In this document: piece by piece, positions 62,218 through 64,000 of the stretch
Position numbering within the stretch: position 1 is the first letter of the stretch
Layout of the letters: each line of letters opens with the position of its first letter
NCBI GenBank assembly: GCA_964614915.1
Contig: CAZTNC010000015.1
Coordinates: 19,096 to 83,095 of the forward strand
Reading direction: 5' to 3'
DNA from: an uncultured Thiotrichales bacterium
Lineage (GTDB): Bacteria > Pseudomonadota > Gammaproteobacteria > UBA4575
Length of the DNA stretch: 64,000 nucleotides
Position numbers and translations under genes: made by a program
Notes under the pieces: model-generated
What the model was told of the DNA's origin: nothing
The model's database searches: none
Seen by the model: only the letters and a program-made list of their open reading frames with translations

Positions 62218-63375
62218 TCAGGTGACCCGCAGAACAAGGCAAGTGATATCGTCGGATTGGGGGGTTTCTCCTGCAAACTCCCTGACCGACTGGAACACCG
62301 TATCGGTAACATCCTTGGCACTCCCGAATGAACTGTTTCGAAAAACCTCGAAAAACCTGTCCATCTCGAACAATTCACCATCGCCCTTCTCTGCTTCCGA
62401 AACCCCGTCTGTATAAAACACAATCATGGAGCCAGATTCCAGAGAAACTGTTTTTTCCTGATACTCCAAATCCGGCATAACGCCCAGCGCAGTTCCTTCC
62501 GTTGATTCCAGCAGCTCAATGGTCTTGTCCGGCTTGACTACCACAGGCAGGTTATGTCCGCCGTTCGAATACACAAGCTCTTTGGTCTGCGGATCATAAA
62601 TACCGTATAACAGGGTTACAAAAGTCATGTCGGCATTATTATCTGCCAGCATCCCATTCACTTGCTTTAGGACATTGGCCGGGGAGCTGGAAGTCGCAGC
62701 ACAGGCCTTCAACAGCGTACGGCTGGCCATCATGAACATTGCAGCCGGCACCCCCTTGTCAGACACATCTGCAATCACTACACCGATCCTGCCATCAGAG
62801 AATTCGTACACATCAAAAAAATCGCCGCCCACAGAGCGTGCCGGCACCATACTTGCGTAGAGATTGAATTCCTCAGAAGAGGGAAACGACATGGGGAGAA
62901 TGCTCTGCTGCATCTTCCTGGCTACATCGAGCTCGTTTTGAAGTGCAACCAGCTTGTCGCGTGTGCTCAGCGCCTGTCGCCATAGCGTGAGATTTTCAAT
63001 CGTGCGCTCGATGGTGACCTTCAGATCCGTGAAATCAATGGGTTTGGTGACAAAATCAAATGCACCCCGATTCATTGCAGTCCTGATATTCTCCATGTCT
63101 CCGTATGCAGAAACCATGACTGCACGTATATCAGGATCGACGTCCGGTATTTGTGCCAACAGGGTTAGCCCGTCCATGACAGGCATATTGATATCAGACA
63201 GCACGATGTCATACTTGCCATTTTCGCGCAGGAGCTTCAGGGCTTCAGCACCGTTGTGTGCAAACTCAAAAATGTAACGACCGCGGCGAACTTCCCGCCT
63301 CATTTTCTGCAGCATAAGCTGCTCTAAGTCCACCTCGTCATCGACAACGAGTATCCGGACATGATCATCGCTCAC
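62218..63375 (-). CDS. response regulator receiver fused to PP2C/SpoIIE-type serine phosphatase (RsbU-like)
   Basis: REC domain with a phospho-acceptor Asp (VLSDINMP), then PP2C metal-binding Asp motifs (GGDFFDV...DVSDKG...DG). Confidence 0.85.
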   Translation of the reverse strand: MSDDHVRILVVDDEVDLEQLMLQKMRREVRRGRYIFEFAHNGAEALKLLRENGKYDIVLSDINMPVMDGLTLLAQIPDVDPDIRAVMVSAYGDMENIRTAMNRGAFDFVTKPIDFTDLKVTIERTIENLTLWRQALSTRDKLVALQNELDVARKMQQSILPMSFPSSEEFNLYASMVPARSVGGDFFDVYEFSDGRIGVVIADVSDKGVPAAMFMMASRTLLKACAATSSSPANVLKQVNGMLADNNADMTFVTLLYGIYDPQTKELVYSNGGHNLPVVVKPDKTIELLESTEGTALGVMPDLEYQEKTVSLESGSMIVFYTDGVSEAEKGDGELFEMDRFFEVFRNSSFGSAKDVTDTVFQSVREFAGETPQSDDITCLVLRVT

Positions 63376-63785
63376 TTACTACCCCATTTCACAATTTGGA
63401 TACCCAAGCTGGCATCAATCAGTTACACGCGCTGTTGATCCACCTGTATTGAAAAACCCTCAAGAAATCTTGCATGCATGACTTCCATCAAACCACGCGG
63501 ATTATATCAGTAAAACCGACCACAGGGAGATAGAAACAGCCAATACCCGAGTTTGTTCGCAGTTTGATTTGCAATCCACTTTTTGTGCAGACACATACTT
63601 TTGATAACTTGCCCTGCCAAACAAGCCTTGCGAGGCTGTCCTGCCCACTCTTAATCCGCTTGCGTTTATCGCTTACCGCGGGTAATCATTAATCTACGGG
63701 AAGTCATTCCAGATATCCTATGTATTTTGTGCGGCTATGTATTTCATGCAGCCCATGAAGCATTTGCATGTACCGGAGAAATGTT

Positions 63786-64000
63786 ATGGGAAACCGAACT
63801 CGGTTCTATATCGGTGGTGAGTGGGTCAAACCCTCGGCAAGTCAAACCTCAGACGTCATCAATCCTGCTACAGAAGAGGTCATTGGCTGTGTACCAATGG
63901 GCAGTCAAGAAGATCTGGACAAGGCAGTTGCCGCCGCCAAGGCGGCTTTCGTCTCCTATTCCCAAACAACACGGAAGGAAAAGGTTGAACTGCTGGAAGA
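63786..64000 (+). CDS. aldehyde dehydrogenase family protein (5' partial, runs off the window)
   Basis: N-terminus FYIGGEWV...VINPATEEVIG typical of NAD(P)-dependent aldehyde dehydrogenases. Confidence 0.65.
   Translation, partial: MGNRTRFYIGGEWVKPSASQTSDVINPATEEVIGCVPMGSQEDLDKAVAAAKAAFVSYSQTTRKEKVELLE

Overview
This 64-kb window is mostly conserved gammaproteobacterial chromosome, at roughly 55-58% GC by eye. The content suggests a sulfur-oxidising lineage, because a dissimilatory-type ATP sulfurylase (sat) and a glcDEF operon are present.

Core genes read in order:
- TraB-family and MazG-like genes, moeB and a DUF1244 gene on the minus strand, divergent from mobA-mobB.
- gltA, metX, dsbB and mug.
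- An MBL hydrolase, cbiX and a GlcG-like gene.
- sat and an M23 peptidase.
- Two tandem DUF1326-like paralogues, one of them Tat-exported, divergent from a DUF2182-like membrane protein.
- dps and a 2Fe-2S ferredoxin.
- An MFS (LplT-like) transporter fused to a PlsC-like domain, then tRNA-Gly(GCC), pgsA, uvrC and a family-4/5 UDG.
- fabH, plsX, rpmF and yceD, then sppA, and rluC divergent from rne.
- An LMW-PTP and pyrC.
- tRNA-Ser(UGA) with BI-1, yajQ, DUF423, MOSC, serS and crcB.
- glcDEF, then rarA, lolA and ftsK.
- trxB, a FemAB-like GNAT and aat.
- An MpaB-like oxygenase, a LolA-like gene paired with an outer-membrane beta-barrel, ispH and a squalene/phytoene-synthase-family gene.
- A partner-switching signalling module: two STAS antagonists opposite an operon of REC-PP2C phosphatase, RsbW-like kinase, periplasmic binding protein and sensor histidine kinase.
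- A partial aldehyde dehydrogenase at the right edge.

The standout accessory element is an AT-rich island of about 3.9 kb at roughly 9815-13703, inserted between the GlcG-like gene and sat. A 9-bp direct repeat, TAAATTTTG, sits at both ends. The island carries:
- An IS1595-family transposase with its own sigma70 promoter.
- A three-gene minus-strand operon: a surface-lipoprotein-like gene with an fHbp/TbpB-type C-terminal beta-barrel signature, a 46-aa proline-rich peptide, and a 2-TM SLATT-like membrane protein.
- A small translationally coupled two-gene cassette driven by an extended -10 promoter.
- Two small convergent ORFs.

The island is the best candidate in this window for an undescribed system, possibly a surface, defence or toxin module. 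No CRISPR array, rRNA or intact prophage was seen.
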